Of a stretch of 64,000 nt of DNA, positions 17,959 to 27,831 are shown one piece after another. Made by a program: the position numbers and the translations under genes. Origin of the DNA: a virus. Its lineage: Duplodnaviria > Caudoviricetes. The stretch is from IMG/VR virus record IMGVR_UViG_3300017761_005636, positions 1 to 64,000 of that record, one strand, 5' to 3'. Below the pieces are notes generated by a model that did no database searches, was not told the DNA's origin, and saw nothing but the letters and a program-made list of their open reading frames with translations. The first letter of the stretch is position 1, and each line of letters opens with the position of its first letter.

Positions 17959-20724
17959 ATGGCAAATTTTAATTTTAAATCACCTAGCGTCAAATTTCAA
18001 GAAATAGACAGGAGTTTTGCTTCAACTCCATCGTTGGGTATCACATCAGTTGGTATGGTTGGGGAAACCTTGAAAGGTCCAGCTTTCTCACCTGTTCTGA
18101 TTACAGATAGAACTGAATTCAGAAGATACTTTGGTGGTACAAGTACTGTAAAATTTCCTGATACTTCAGGAAGAATGAAGTACTTAGCACCAACATATGC
18201 TAATGCCTTTTTGGAAGAAGGTAATCAACTTTATTTTACAAGAATTCTTGGAAAATCAGGTTATAATGCAGGTAAGGCTTTTGCTATTACAGTTGGTGGT
18301 AATTGTTTAACATCTACATCAGCACAAACATCGGTATTTTCGTCTTCTACGGGTACAACTACTTTTAGTGGTGCAAATGTTGTTACATTTACTTCAAATT
18401 CAGTAAATTTTAGTTTTTCAATAACAGGAAATGGAACATACGATAATGTTTCAAGTATTTCTTTTGTAAAAAATTCAAGCAATGTATTTACGGCATCTAG
18501 TGCTTATGTAACGGTTAGTTCATATAGTGGTAGTCCAATAAGTGGTTCAGCTTCATTTACTTCATTTACTTATACTGCTCAAACTGACCCAACTTATGAT
18601 AATATGGTCGTTGCAATTTTAAGAAGTAGAGGTAGCGGATTACAAGATGCTGCCACATTTAATATTTCATCTGTAACAGGAAGTTTTGGAAATACAATAG
18701 GAAGTCCTCTTTCAAACTTTACATTAACTGCGGTTGGTACAAATGTTACTGAAAACTTCCAATTTAATTTAGATGTAACATCTTCAAATTATATTGCTAA
18801 AGCAATGGGTTCTAGAAACTCTGATACTAAATCCAATCTTTGGGTTGATGCTGTTTATCCTGATTTAATTAGAAAGATTGCTACTGAGAATTTAATTCTT
18901 GATATTAAAAATGTTCTTACATTAACAAGCACAACATTTTCTAATTATAAATCACAATATACTAATCCTGAAACTCCTTGGTTAGTTTCCGAACTTAATG
19001 GTAGTAAAGTAAGTAGACTTTTCAAATTTATTTCTTTCTCTGATGGTAATGCCGCAAATAGAGAAGTTAAAATTGCAATTGAAAATATTAATCCAACTAC
19101 AAAAGAATTTGATATTGTTGTAAGAGATTTTACTGATACTGATGCTAATCCTTCAATTCTTGAAAGATTTGGAAGATGTACTATGAATCCTGATGATAAT
19201 AACTTTATCATGAGAAGAATTGGTGGTGTATATAGTGATTCAGATACTTCTTTCTTAGAAGATGCAAAATCTGCTTACATTTATGTAAATGTTAATGTAA
19301 ATGCTCCAATAACTTCAATTCCTTGTGGTTTTGAAGGTTATAATTTAAGAAATTATTCAACTTCATCCACAGGTGCTGCTACTTCGGCTTTAACTCCTAC
19401 AATAATTTATAAAACAAGATATGCTACAACTGATAAGGTACTTAAAACATACCTTGGAATTTCTGAAAAAGCATTTGATACTTCATCAACTAATGGTTTA
19501 TCTATTAATGATGACTTATTTAAATTCTTAGGTGCTAATATTGCTGCTACTAGTCTTTACAAAACTAAAGGTTTCCACTTAGATTCAGGTGCTACTGGTA
19601 CATATATTGATTCGGTTGGTAATGAAATTGGTCAATTTAGTGTAGGTGCAGGTGCAATTTCAAATACTGTAAGTGTTGCAGCAGGAACTTACTATGCTGA
19701 TTCAAATAGACGTAAATTTGTAGTTGTTCCGGCAGGTGGTTTTGATGGTTGGGATGTAAATTATGAAATGGTGGCAGGTAGGTCTATTGGTGCTACATTC
19801 GCACAAGGTGGTGTTAACGCATTCATAGGTTCTGATTATAATGCTTACTTAGAAGCATATCAGCTTTATGAAGATACTGAAAGAACACCAATTAACTTAT
19901 TTTCAACTCCAGGAATTGATTGGTTAAGTAATTCTGACCTTGTTGCTGATGCTCTTGAAATTGTTGAAGAAATACGTCAAGATTCACTTTATATTATTGA
20001 TGCTCCTGATGCAAGTTTAACTGATACTTCAACAGTTGTTGCAGGTTCTTATGTTGATGATTTAGATAGTGCAAATATTGATTCTTCTTATGCTGCTACT
20101 TATGTACCTTACATTAAAAGAAAAGATGTTGATTCTAATACTAATATCTTCATTCCTCCAACAGGTGAAATCTTAAAAGCTATGGCTCTTTCTGATAGAA
20201 CTTCATTTATTTGGTTTGCTACGGCAGGTTTAAATAGAGGTGGATTACCTAATGCTAGAGATGTTAGAAAAACCTTTAAAGAATCTGATAGAGATACATT
20301 GTACTTGGGTAGACTTAATCCAATCGTTAAATTCTCAAATAATACACCAGGAATTTTCGTTTATGGTCAAAAGACTTTACAAGTTGCTGATTCTAAACTT
20401 GATAGAATTGATGTAAGAAGACTACTTCTTTATGCAAAACAAATCATTTCTTCTCAAGCTAGAGTTTACTTGTTCGAACCTAATGATGATGTGTTAGCAA
20501 CAAACTTTATTGCTGAATCAAATAAAAAACTTAAAGTTATCCAAGATAATAGAGGTTTGCAAACATTCAGAGTTAGACTAGATAATAGTTTAAATACACC
20601 TGAAAGTAGAGATAGAAATGAAATTTACTTTGTAATTGAATTGTTACCAATCGGTGCTGTTGAATTCATTGGTCTGACATTTGTGGTAAATAAATCAACA
20701 ACTGCAATTCAATTTAATGGATAA
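17959..20724 (+). CDS. gp18: contractile tail sheath protein (gp18)
   Basis: SPSVKFQEID, VGETLKGPAF; C-terminal W.A.AGLNRG, RD.LY..RLNPI, YGQKTLQ...S.LDRI.VRRLL, FEPND. Confidence 0.95.
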   Translation: MANFNFKSPSVKFQEIDRSFASTPSLGITSVGMVGETLKGPAFSPVLITDRTEFRRYFGGTSTVKFPDTSGRMKYLAPTYANAFLEEGNQLYFTRILGKSGYNAGKAFAITVGGNCLTSTSAQTSVFSSSTGTTTFSGANVVTFTSNSVNFSFSITGNGTYDNVSSISFVKNSSNVFTASSAYVTVSSYSGSPISGSASFTSFTYTAQTDPTYDNMVVAILRSRGSGLQDAATFNISSVTGSFGNTIGSPLSNFTLTAVGTNVTENFQFNLDVTSSNYIAKAMGSRNSDTKSNLWVDAVYPDLIRKIATENLILDIKNVLTLTSTTFSNYKSQYTNPETPWLVSELNGSKVSRLFKFISFSDGNAANREVKIAIENINPTTKEFDIVVRDFTDTDANPSILERFGRCTMNPDDNNFIMRRIGGVYSDSDTSFLEDAKSAYIYVNVNVNAPITSIPCGFEGYNLRNYSTSSTGAATSALTPTIIYKTRYATTDKVLKTYLGISEKAFDTSSTNGLSINDDLFKFLGANIAATSLYKTKGFHLDSGATGTYIDSVGNEIGQFSVGAGAISNTVSVAAGTYYADSNRRKFVVVPAGGFDGWDVNYEMVAGRSIGATFAQGGVNAFIGSDYNAYLEAYQLYEDTERTPINLFSTPGIDWLSNSDLVADALEIVEEIRQDSLYIIDAPDASLTDTSTVVAGSYVDDLDSANIDSSYAATYVPYIKRKDVDSNTNIFIPPTGEILKAMALSDRTSFIWFATAGLNRGGLPNARDVRKTFKESDRDTLYLGRLNPIVKFSNNTPGIFVYGQKTLQVADSKLDRIDVRRLLLYAKQIISSQARVYLFEPNDDVLATNFIAESNKKLKVIQDNRGLQTFRVRLDNSLNTPESRDRNEIYFVIELLPIGAVEFIGLTFVVNKSTTAIQFNG

Positions 20725-20733
20725 ACAATAAAA

Positions 20734-20745
20734 AGATACTAATTA
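20734..20745 (+). promoter_or_regulatory. variant late motif AGATACTAATTA upstream of the tube gene
   Basis: Identical 12-mer also at 55144-55155 upstream of another gene. Confidence 0.4.
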
Positions 20746-20760
20746 AAATAAAGAAATAAA

Positions 20761-21255
20761 ATGCCACAAGGATTTAGAAATGTACCTACCCAATATGAAC
20801 CACTCAGACCTAATAGGTTTGAGTTGTTCTTCCCTCAAGATATTGAATTGAGTAAATATACTTGGATTATTAATGCTGTTGATAGACCTAAAATGAAAGT
20901 TAACTCAGTTCCGATTAAATATTTGAACTATGAGCAGAAGGTTGCAGGTCATGTAACTTTTGATGACTTAACAGTTGAATTAATTGATTTGCAAGGACCA
21001 TCATCAGTACAGTTAATACTGGAATGGTACAGACTATGTGCTGAAAACTTAACAGGTAGAATGGGTTATGCTTCAGGTTATAAGAAAGACTTGAGACTTG
21101 TTGCTCTTGACCCGACTCTTGTAGGTGTTCAACAGTTCACAATTTTTGGTGCTTTCATCTCTAATCTTGACTTCGGTAAAAATGAATACTCAAGTGATGA
21201 CGTACAAAAGATTACATTGACACTTAGCTATGATATAGCTGAAAATAATTACTAA
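20761..21255 (+). CDS. gp19: tail tube protein (gp19)
   Basis: EPLRPNRFEL, GRMGYASGYKKD, GAFI..LDFG; follows the sheath. Confidence 0.9.
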   Translation: MPQGFRNVPTQYEPLRPNRFELFFPQDIELSKYTWIINAVDRPKMKVNSVPIKYLNYEQKVAGHVTFDDLTVELIDLQGPSSVQLILEWYRLCAENLTGRMGYASGYKKDLRLVALDPTLVGVQQFTIFGAFISNLDFGKNEYSSDDVQKITLTLSYDIAENNY

Positions 21256-21276
21256 CAATAGTAATATTCTAAAATT

Positions 21277-21310
21277 AAAAATCCCATTGGTTTCCGATGG
21301 GATTTTTTTT
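21277..21310 (+). terminator. Rho-independent terminator after the tube gene
   Basis: aaaaatcccat...atgggattttt 11-bp stem plus T run. Confidence 0.9.
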
Positions 21311-21353
21311 GGTATAAATATTGTATATTTATAATTATAAAACAATTATTTTT

Positions 21354-21719
21354 ATGATAAATTATAAATTAGACCAGTTTTTAACAAACGAAATGAAGTA
21401 TTTCGATACGCTTACAACAGCAAGCACAACACTAAAGGATTATTTTGAAAAATCTTATCCGTACAAAGATTTTAAAAAACAATTACAATTTGCAGGTTTT
21501 GATAGAGAAGAACTTTCTGTATCGTATGAGAATGACTATCTGACAATTGATGGTAAATCTGTCATGTTAGATAGTTTGTATAGTAAAAAATATTATCTAC
21601 CATCAAAACATTATGATGTTAATAACATTTCTGTAAAATTTGAAAAGTGTATCTTAACTGTTGAATGCAAATTGAAAGAAGAAAAAGAATCAAAAGTGGT
21701 AAAAATTGTAATTAAATAA
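21354..21719 (+). CDS. small heat shock protein (Hsp20/alpha-crystallin)
   Basis: FAGFDREELSVSYENDYLTIDGK...KYYLP...D...ISVKFE..ILTV; ATG 21354 preferred to TTG 21321. Confidence 0.8.
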   Translation: MINYKLDQFLTNEMKYFDTLTTASTTLKDYFEKSYPYKDFKKQLQFAGFDREELSVSYENDYLTIDGKSVMLDSLYSKKYYLPSKHYDVNNISVKFEKCILTVECKLKEEKESKVVKIVIK

Positions 21720-21720
21720 G

Positions 21721-22143
21721 CTAGGGTCTCCACTTAATTTTAATTACTTTATTCAACCGTTCTGAAGAGGGATTGAAAGTTTTTTCATAGCGTTTTTTAC
21801 TTGTGTAAACCTTTATGATAAAATTGTATTTCCCTCTTTTCTTTTTTAACATATTTAATCTTAATATTTTTGTTTGAAAACCAATATTATCTTCACTAAT
21901 AAGATAATAATCATCATAACTATCATAATTTATTACATGGGTATAATTTTTTCTATTTAAATCAATTATTTCAATTTTTTGAAATATACCACCCATTCTT
22001 AGATTTGTTATTTCAATTTCAATATAATTATTTATCCTAACAATAGGTATACTCATTCTTTGACCATAAATATTAAAAATAAAAAATCCCCAAATTATGG
22101 GGATTAATATTAATACATTAATTTTAATTTTTCGCAATCCCAT
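21721..22143 (-). CDS. hypothetical protein with N-terminal signal/TM segment
   Basis: Basic N-terminus followed by a hydrophobic helix. Confidence 0.6.
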   Translation of the reverse strand: MGLRKIKINVLILIPIIWGFFIFNIYGQRMSIPIVRINNYIEIEITNLRMGGIFQKIEIIDLNRKNYTHVINYDSYDDYYLISEDNIGFQTKILRLNMLKKKRGKYNFIIKVYTSKKRYEKTFNPSSERLNKVIKIKWRP

Positions 22144-22520
22144 TTTTCACCTAGTTTCAACAAACATTTTTTTAAGTCCATTTTAGTTTTAAACCATTTT
22201 TTGTCAGAATAGATTTCAGTAACTTTACAATTTCTTGCTAAAATAACATCATCATTTGAATTGTGAATAACTTTTAAGATAACTGATTTTTTTATTGAAT
22301 CAGATTTATCCCATGCTTTAGAAATTCTTTCTAATAATAATTGCTGTCCTATTGGAATAATAACACCTTCTTTTTCAAATTTAAACTCCATAAGAATTAA
22401 ATATGTATCATTAAATTCTAAAACACAATCTATATCAGATGGATGTATTTTTTTATTACTGATTCCTGTAAAATCAATAACTTTTTTTACATAATTTTTA
22501 TTTCTAATTAATGATTCCAT
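22110..22520 (-). CDS. small PD-(D/E)xK-like protein
   Basis: PSDIDCVLE...ILMEFK...GQ.LLLERI. Confidence 0.5.
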   Translation of the reverse strand: MESLIRNKNYVKKVIDFTGISNKKIHPSDIDCVLEFNDTYLILMEFKFEKEGVIIPIGQQLLLERISKAWDKSDSIKKSVILKVIHNSNDDVILARNCKVTEIYSDKKWFKTKMDLKKCLLKLGEKWDCEKLKLMY

Positions 22521-24257
22521 TTATCCTTCGCACATTATACATTCTGAATATAAATCTCTTTGTTCTTTTGTATCTGCTCTTAATACGGATTCTGACCTAA
22601 GATAATATAAAGATTTTAATCCAAGTTTCCATGCCTCAATGTGAACTTGATTAATAAACTTAGCAGGTGCATCATTAAAGAATGCAAGATTCAATGATTG
22701 TCCTTGGTCAATGTATTTCTGACGAATACCTGCTTGTCTAACAAGTTCAAGTTGATTAATCTCCTTGAATGTTTTAAATACGGCCTTTTCTTCAGCACTC
22801 ATACACCTAACATTAAGAACTGAACCCTTATCTTCAGAAATTGCATCCCATACTTGTGGTACATTCTTACCTTTAGATTCTAATAATTCTTCTAAAAATG
22901 GATTTCTTCTAATGTGTAAACCTTTTGCATCATCATCCATATAAATATTTGCTGCAATTGGTTCAACACCTTGTGAATATCCACCTGCAAGCTTACTAGA
23001 AGAACGATTAGGTGCAATAGCAAGAAGTGTTAAGTTTCTTCTTCCTGTTCCTTGACACCATTCAGGTTCACCATATTCTTTAGCCAAATCCATTGTTGCT
23101 TTTTCTGACTCTTCTTTAATATATTTGAAGATAATATTTGTCCAAGAATTGGCCTCAATAGAAACAAATGGAATTAGTTTGCTTTGTAAGAAACTATGCC
23201 ATCCTAAAGCACCCAATCCTAACGCTCTTGACTTCGTAGCAAAGCGTACAGCGTCTTCAATACCTTTGTAAGCATATGAGTTACCCTTCTGAAGAAAGTC
23301 CTCCATTACGGCATCTAAAAACAGTACAGAGAGATATACAGTATCGGTATTTCTCCATTCATCAAACTTAACAAGGTTTAAAGAAGAAAGACAACATACT
23401 AAAGTATGGTTTTCATCTGTTGGCAAAAAGATTTCAGAACAAAGATTTGAATGTCTAATCTTTAAATCATTTTTATGCCACCACTCAGGAACAGCATTAT
23501 TGGCATTGTCAATAAACATAGTATAAGGTTCACCTGTCTTTACTCTTTTCTTTAGAGTTTCAAGCCAAATTTCCCTTTCTTTACCATTTTTATCAACAAC
23601 TTTATTCATAAATTCATCTGTAAAGATTGCACCTTGATGAATATTATGTGATTGTCTATTTACATCACCTTTTGGTTCTCTTACTTCAAGAAAGTCTTTA
23701 AATTCTCCATGTTCTGCATTCAAATAAATAGCTACAGCACCTCTTCTTGTCTTTCCTTGTTTAGATGCTAAGATAGTTGAGTCATAAGATTTAATAAATG
23801 GAATAATACCATCGGAAGTTCCACCTCTACCATCTTTGATTTTAGTACCCATTGCTCTAATTGAAGAGAAGTCATAAGCAGTACCTCCACCATATTTTGA
23901 AAGCATTGCCATCTCAAGATTTTTACGATAGATTTCATACATAGAATCACCAACATGAGAAGAAAAACAACTAATTGGTAATGCCACATCTGTTCCAAGA
24001 TTAGCCATTACAGGTGTTGAAGGAATTAACCATCCTTTCCAAAGAATATCAAAAAATCTTTCTTGCAATTCAGGTTTATTTAATAACTCTGCTGCTCTTG
24101 ATGATACTCTTACATAACCATCTTTTGGTGTTTCACCATCAATAAGATATCCACCTTTAATTGTTGTTAGGTAAAGTGCATTGTTGCCCCATTCAGGAAA
24201 GTCAATACCAACTTTCCAACCCATGTTTTTTGCTATGTCGTGTGTTTCTAGTTTCAT
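22521..24257 (-). CDS. nrdA: class I ribonucleotide reductase alpha subunit (no ATP cone)
   Basis: LPISCF, SNLCSE, VCCLSS, APNRSS, KSLYY, C-terminal CIMCEG. Confidence 0.97.
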   Translation of the reverse strand: MKLETHDIAKNMGWKVGIDFPEWGNNALYLTTIKGGYLIDGETPKDGYVRVSSRAAELLNKPELQERFFDILWKGWLIPSTPVMANLGTDVALPISCFSSHVGDSMYEIYRKNLEMAMLSKYGGGTAYDFSSIRAMGTKIKDGRGGTSDGIIPFIKSYDSTILASKQGKTRRGAVAIYLNAEHGEFKDFLEVREPKGDVNRQSHNIHQGAIFTDEFMNKVVDKNGKEREIWLETLKKRVKTGEPYTMFIDNANNAVPEWWHKNDLKIRHSNLCSEIFLPTDENHTLVCCLSSLNLVKFDEWRNTDTVYLSVLFLDAVMEDFLQKGNSYAYKGIEDAVRFATKSRALGLGALGWHSFLQSKLIPFVSIEANSWTNIIFKYIKEESEKATMDLAKEYGEPEWCQGTGRRNLTLLAIAPNRSSSKLAGGYSQGVEPIAANIYMDDDAKGLHIRRNPFLEELLESKGKNVPQVWDAISEDKGSVLNVRCMSAEEKAVFKTFKEINQLELVRQAGIRQKYIDQGQSLNLAFFNDAPAKFINQVHIEAWKLGLKSLYYLRSESVLRADTKEQRDLYSECIMCEG

Positions 24258-24264
24258 TTTTTAT

Positions 24265-25230
24265 TTAAAATAAGTCATCAGTATCGTTCCAATCTTCATT
24301 TGGTTTTGAGTATCCGTGTTCACGATTTGCAAAAAAATCAGTTTGTTGTTCTCCTGATGTTGTAATATAAAACCATTCCATATCGTTAAGTAATTCATCA
24401 TCAACGGTATAAACAGGTTTTAACATTAACTCTTTAAGTTTTCTGTTTGCTCTGTCATACATAAAGTTTTTAAGAATATCTTTTGAAATTGTTTCTAAAT
24501 CACCAAGTTCAAATATTTTATCAATATAGTTGAATTCATTTACTAATGCTAAATCAACACCTTGATAAATTGTATCTTTTAATTCTTCAGTCCAAATGTA
24601 AGGATTTTCTTCTACAAGTGTTCTAAATAATTTACAACCTGATTCAGAGTGTAAAGATTCATCACGAACTGAGAAAATCATTTGTTGACCAATACCTGTC
24701 ATTAGATTCTTTTTTCTAAAAGATAAAAGAACTGCAAATGAAGAATATAATTGAATACCTTCAGCACAAGCAGAGAATAAAGCAAGACTTCTTGCAATAT
24801 TAGTTAGATTAGTATCATTAGGGTCAATTTCCATCAATGCTTCTAGTTTAGCCATAGTAGCATCATCTTCCATAAATGATTTAAAGTCTGTTAAACCTAA
24901 TGTATCATTAAGGTATGAATAAGCAACTGCATGGATTGTTTCAAATGCACCAAATGTACTTGCCATCATTTTAATTTCAGGAACAGGAAACCATTTAGTT
25001 ACATATGTTGACCAATAATCATTAACAACAGTTTCTGTTTGTGTAAATCCTTTTAGGATATTACCAATAACATTTTTTTCTTCCAATGTTAATCCATCAT
25101 TCCAATCTTTAACATCTTTTTGCATAGAGATTTCTGTATGTAACCAATGTGCATTTTGCTGTTTAAACCATGCTTCATAAGCCCATTGATATTCAAATGG
25201 TTTAAATTCTAATCTTTGTTCTGTAATCAT
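24265..25230 (-). CDS. nrdB: class I ribonucleotide reductase beta subunit
   Basis: KPFEY, W...E, E66, E97-x-x-H100-x-x-x-Y104, EGIQLYSSF, RDESLH, TDFF..R...Y. Confidence 0.97.
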   Translation of the reverse strand: MITEQRLEFKPFEYQWAYEAWFKQQNAHWLHTEISMQKDVKDWNDGLTLEEKNVIGNILKGFTQTETVVNDYWSTYVTKWFPVPEIKMMASTFGAFETIHAVAYSYLNDTLGLTDFKSFMEDDATMAKLEALMEIDPNDTNLTNIARSLALFSACAEGIQLYSSFAVLLSFRKKNLMTGIGQQMIFSVRDESLHSESGCKLFRTLVEENPYIWTEELKDTIYQGVDLALVNEFNYIDKIFELGDLETISKDILKNFMYDRANRKLKELMLKPVYTVDDELLNDMEWFYITTSGEQQTDFFANREHGYSKPNEDWNDTDDLF

Positions 25231-25250
25231 TTTTATAATTTTTTATGTAT

Positions 25251-25286
25251 AAAAAAATCCTGCTTATATTTTACTATAAACAGGAT
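25251..25286 (-). terminator. Rho-independent terminator (minus strand) upstream of nrdB
   Basis: 12-bp stem whose one mismatch is a G-U wobble only on the minus strand, followed by U7. Confidence 0.7.
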
Positions 25287-25301
25287 AGTATTTTTAATTG
25301 T

Positions 25302-25553
25302 TTAGTTTTTTGTTGTTCTATAGATGAACCAAAATGCACCTAAAAGAAAAATTGGTAAGATTCCTAATGTTAAATTTATCAAAAAAATATCCGTTATTAA
25401 TTTAACACCAAAGAATTTCATAAATGAGAGTATAAATGTTGGTACAATCAAATATACGGCAAATTTTGGCAAAAAGAAATCAAAACCAACAAAAAGATGG
25501 TCTAAAATTTTGCCCAATCTGCTGTTTGCTATGTTATCTAAAAAATTTTTCAT
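25302..25553 (-). CDS. small membrane protein
   Basis: 83 aa, two hydrophobic segments, ATGA overlap with phoH. Confidence 0.6.
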   Translation of the reverse strand: MKNFLDNIANSRLGKILDHLFVGFDFFLPKFAVYLIVPTFILSFMKFFGVKLITDIFLINLTLGILPIFLLGAFWFIYRTTKN

Positions 25554-26305
25554 ATTGGTTTTTTTTCATCAAATAATTTAGTAATTTTTTGGATTAGTTG
25601 GCTTCTCACGCAATCGGAATCAACGAATTCAATAACCTTAACATGGTCATCAAAATCTCTAAAGTGTTCAGTTAAAAACATTAATCCATTATCTTTTTTA
25701 TCTTTAAAATCTCTTTGGCGAATATCACCAATGATAATCATTTTAGCATCTTCTTCAAGACGAGTTAAAACTGTTTCAGTATTATCAACTGATACGTTTT
25801 GGAATTCATCAAAGATGTTAATATTATCAAGGGATAGACCTCTTAGATTACCCATTGGAATTACTTCAATGATTTTTTCTTTGAATAGTATCTCTAATGC
25901 AATTGGGGATAATAGTTTATTTAATTGCATTGAATATGACATTAAGACATATTCTAATTTTTCTTCAACACCACCTGGTAGAATACCAATGTCTTCGTTT
26001 TGTAATTGTTTTAGAGGTTTAAATATCCTAATCTTTGTATATTCATTATCATGAGATAATAATAGGTTTATTGCTTGAACTAAAGCTAAAAATGTTTTAC
26101 CTGCTCCTGCAATACCTGTTGCAATAACATACATTGATTCATCGTCCAAAATATCTTTGATAAATTTTTCTTGATTTTCAGTTTTAGGAACTATCTTTAG
26201 ATATGGTTTTCCAACTTTTTTTCTAATCTCTTCTTTCTTTGCTCTTAGCCTATCGGCATCAGTTTCTTCGCCACCGTATTTTTTTACTTTCCTATTCACA
26301 CGCAT
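25550..26305 (-). CDS. phoH: PhoH family ATPase
   Basis: PKTENQ, GIAGAGKTFLA, G.LPG...EK, RGLSL, DEFQN, LTRL, IIGD..Q.D, VRS.LI. Confidence 0.93.
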   Translation of the reverse strand: MRVNRKVKKYGGEETDADRLRAKKEEIRKKVGKPYLKIVPKTENQEKFIKDILDDESMYVIATGIAGAGKTFLALVQAINLLLSHDNEYTKIRIFKPLKQLQNEDIGILPGGVEEKLEYVLMSYSMQLNKLLSPIALEILFKEKIIEVIPMGNLRGLSLDNINIFDEFQNVSVDNTETVLTRLEEDAKMIIIGDIRQRDFKDKKDNGLMFLTEHFRDFDDHVKVIEFVDSDCVRSQLIQKITKLFDEKKPI

Positions 26306-26311
26306 TTGTTT

Positions 26312-26833
26312 TCATGTAAATAGGTTGTCTGAAAGATTTGTCTTTAAAAAACTTACTAATTTTTGGTCAAAATCTTTAATTTTTTGATAAGAAAGATTCA
26401 TTTCTTTTATAATCGTCTTATTGTCATAGTGTTTCAAATATTTATATTCATAAAAATTTTTTAATGTTTCATCTTGACAAATTTTCATAATTTCACTAAC
26501 AGAATTGAATTGAGTTTCATAATCAGAAGTAATGTAAACAGGCTCAAGCCTTTCTATATTATTTTCTAATGATGTATATTTTTTGTATTTTTTTCTATTA
26601 ATTTTTCTAACATAATCATAAAAGTGATTTTGTGTAACAGTATAAACCCAATTATCTAAAGTTTTTTTATTTAGTTTTTTGTGATAATTGATAATAATCT
26701 TACTCATTGTTTCTGCACTTAAATCTTTTGATAATTGTGCATCGGATGTTTTTGAATAAAAATAATTAAGTACTAATTTTTCATATTTTTTAAAAATTTC
26801 TTTGTCTAATTTTTCTTTTTGTATATCTAACAT
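26312..26833 (-). CDS. ECF-type (sigma-70 regions 2 and 4) sigma factor-like protein
   Basis: DL..ET..KI, NWVYTVTQNHFYDYVRK (region 2); C-terminal HTH-like segment. Confidence 0.75.
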   Translation of the reverse strand: MLDIQKEKLDKEIFKKYEKLVLNYFYSKTSDAQLSKDLSAETMSKIIINYHKKLNKKTLDNWVYTVTQNHFYDYVRKINRKKYKKYTSLENNIERLEPVYITSDYETQFNSVSEIMKICQDETLKNFYEYKYLKHYDNKTIIKEMNLSYQKIKDFDQKLVSFLKTNLSDNLFT

Positions 26834-26859
26834 TTATTTCCATATAATAAAACATTTAA

Positions 26860-27831
26860 TTATTGTTTTAAATTTGATTTCATTAAGTCAAATATATAAT
26901 TTTTTCCGTAGTTTTGCATATTTTTATTTAAATCATTATCATCATTATACGTTTGAACTTTAACATTTGTTAAACCCAGACTCAATAATCGTTCCTGAAT
27001 TTCTAAAGATGAATTTGGTGTCATATTATAATTAAAATTTTGTCTTTTTTCTATTGCATCGGGATTTAATAATATTACAACATTTGGTTTATATTTTATT
27101 AATTTTGAAAGTATATTATCATAAAGAGATTTGCCCAATAAAACTATAGTATTAACAGGTATAGTTGTATATTCAAAATATGCTTCAACAATATAAACAG
27201 TAGCATTCCAATTAATATTTTTTTCATTAAAAATTATCTCTCTTTTATCAGCTTTAGGTAATTTATATGCTTGATACTTTTCAACATCATCTTTAAATGT
27301 TCTAGTGATATAATAGTTGAGTTTATTTTGTGAATCATATGATGGAATTACAATTCTATCTTTATAAAACCCTTCAAGACAAAAACCTATTTTATCTTTT
27401 TTAATAATAGAATCAGTAACCTTTCTTTTATTTTTAATATAATCATATGCTTCCATATGTAACGGATTATTCTTGTCAACATTTTGAAAACTAATAAATT
27501 CTTTTGGTAGTTTAAATACTTTAAATTTTTTTATTTGAGAAAGAATCATAGGTTCATTCTCATATTTTAAAAATTCATCTATTTGTTGTTTATTTGCATA
27601 TCTTTTAAAAACAAAAAAAAGTGGACCTGATAGACCGCACTTCCAACATTTGCAAACTTTATTGTATTTTCCTTTATTATTTAATGCAATATTAACTTCA
27701 AGGTTGTATTTGTTATCACAAACACCATAATTTAATTTGGAACATTGGGGACAATTAAATTGTAATTGGACTGATGAGTTATCTTTAGGATATCCAAAGA
27801 CAGATTCAAGCAAATTATAAATCATTGCCAA
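26860..27831 (-). CDS. DNA primase-like protein (Zn finger + TOPRIM) with degenerate acidic motifs
   Basis: CPQC...CWKC, RIVIPSYD....YYITR, VEAYFE, LLNPDA. Confidence 0.8.
   Translation of the reverse strand: MAMIYNLLESVFGYPKDNSSVQLQFNCPQCSKLNYGVCDNKYNLEVNIALNNKGKYNKVCKCWKCGLSGPLFFVFKRYANKQQIDEFLKYENEPMILSQIKKFKVFKLPKEFISFQNVDKNNPLHMEAYDYIKNKRKVTDSIIKKDKIGFCLEGFYKDRIVIPSYDSQNKLNYYITRTFKDDVEKYQAYKLPKADKREIIFNEKNINWNATVYIVEAYFEYTTIPVNTIVLLGKSLYDNILSKLIKYKPNVVILLNPDAIEKRQNFNYNMTPNSSLEIQERLLSLGLTNVKVQTYNDDNDLNKNMQNYGKNYIFDLMKSNLKQ

Noticed and set aside
6997-19211. ORFs 6997-7188, 10463-10666, 11296-11700, 16002-16232, 16652-16834, 16936-17250, 18261-18482, 18945-19211
   Set aside because: Antisense shadows of long genes with composition typical of reverse codon bias.
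22521-25230. Introns, inteins or homing endonucleases in nrdA/nrdB (also checked RecA-like and helicase genes)
   Set aside because: ORFs are continuous and of minimal length; no intein, HNH, GIY-YIG or LAGLIDADG motifs seen.
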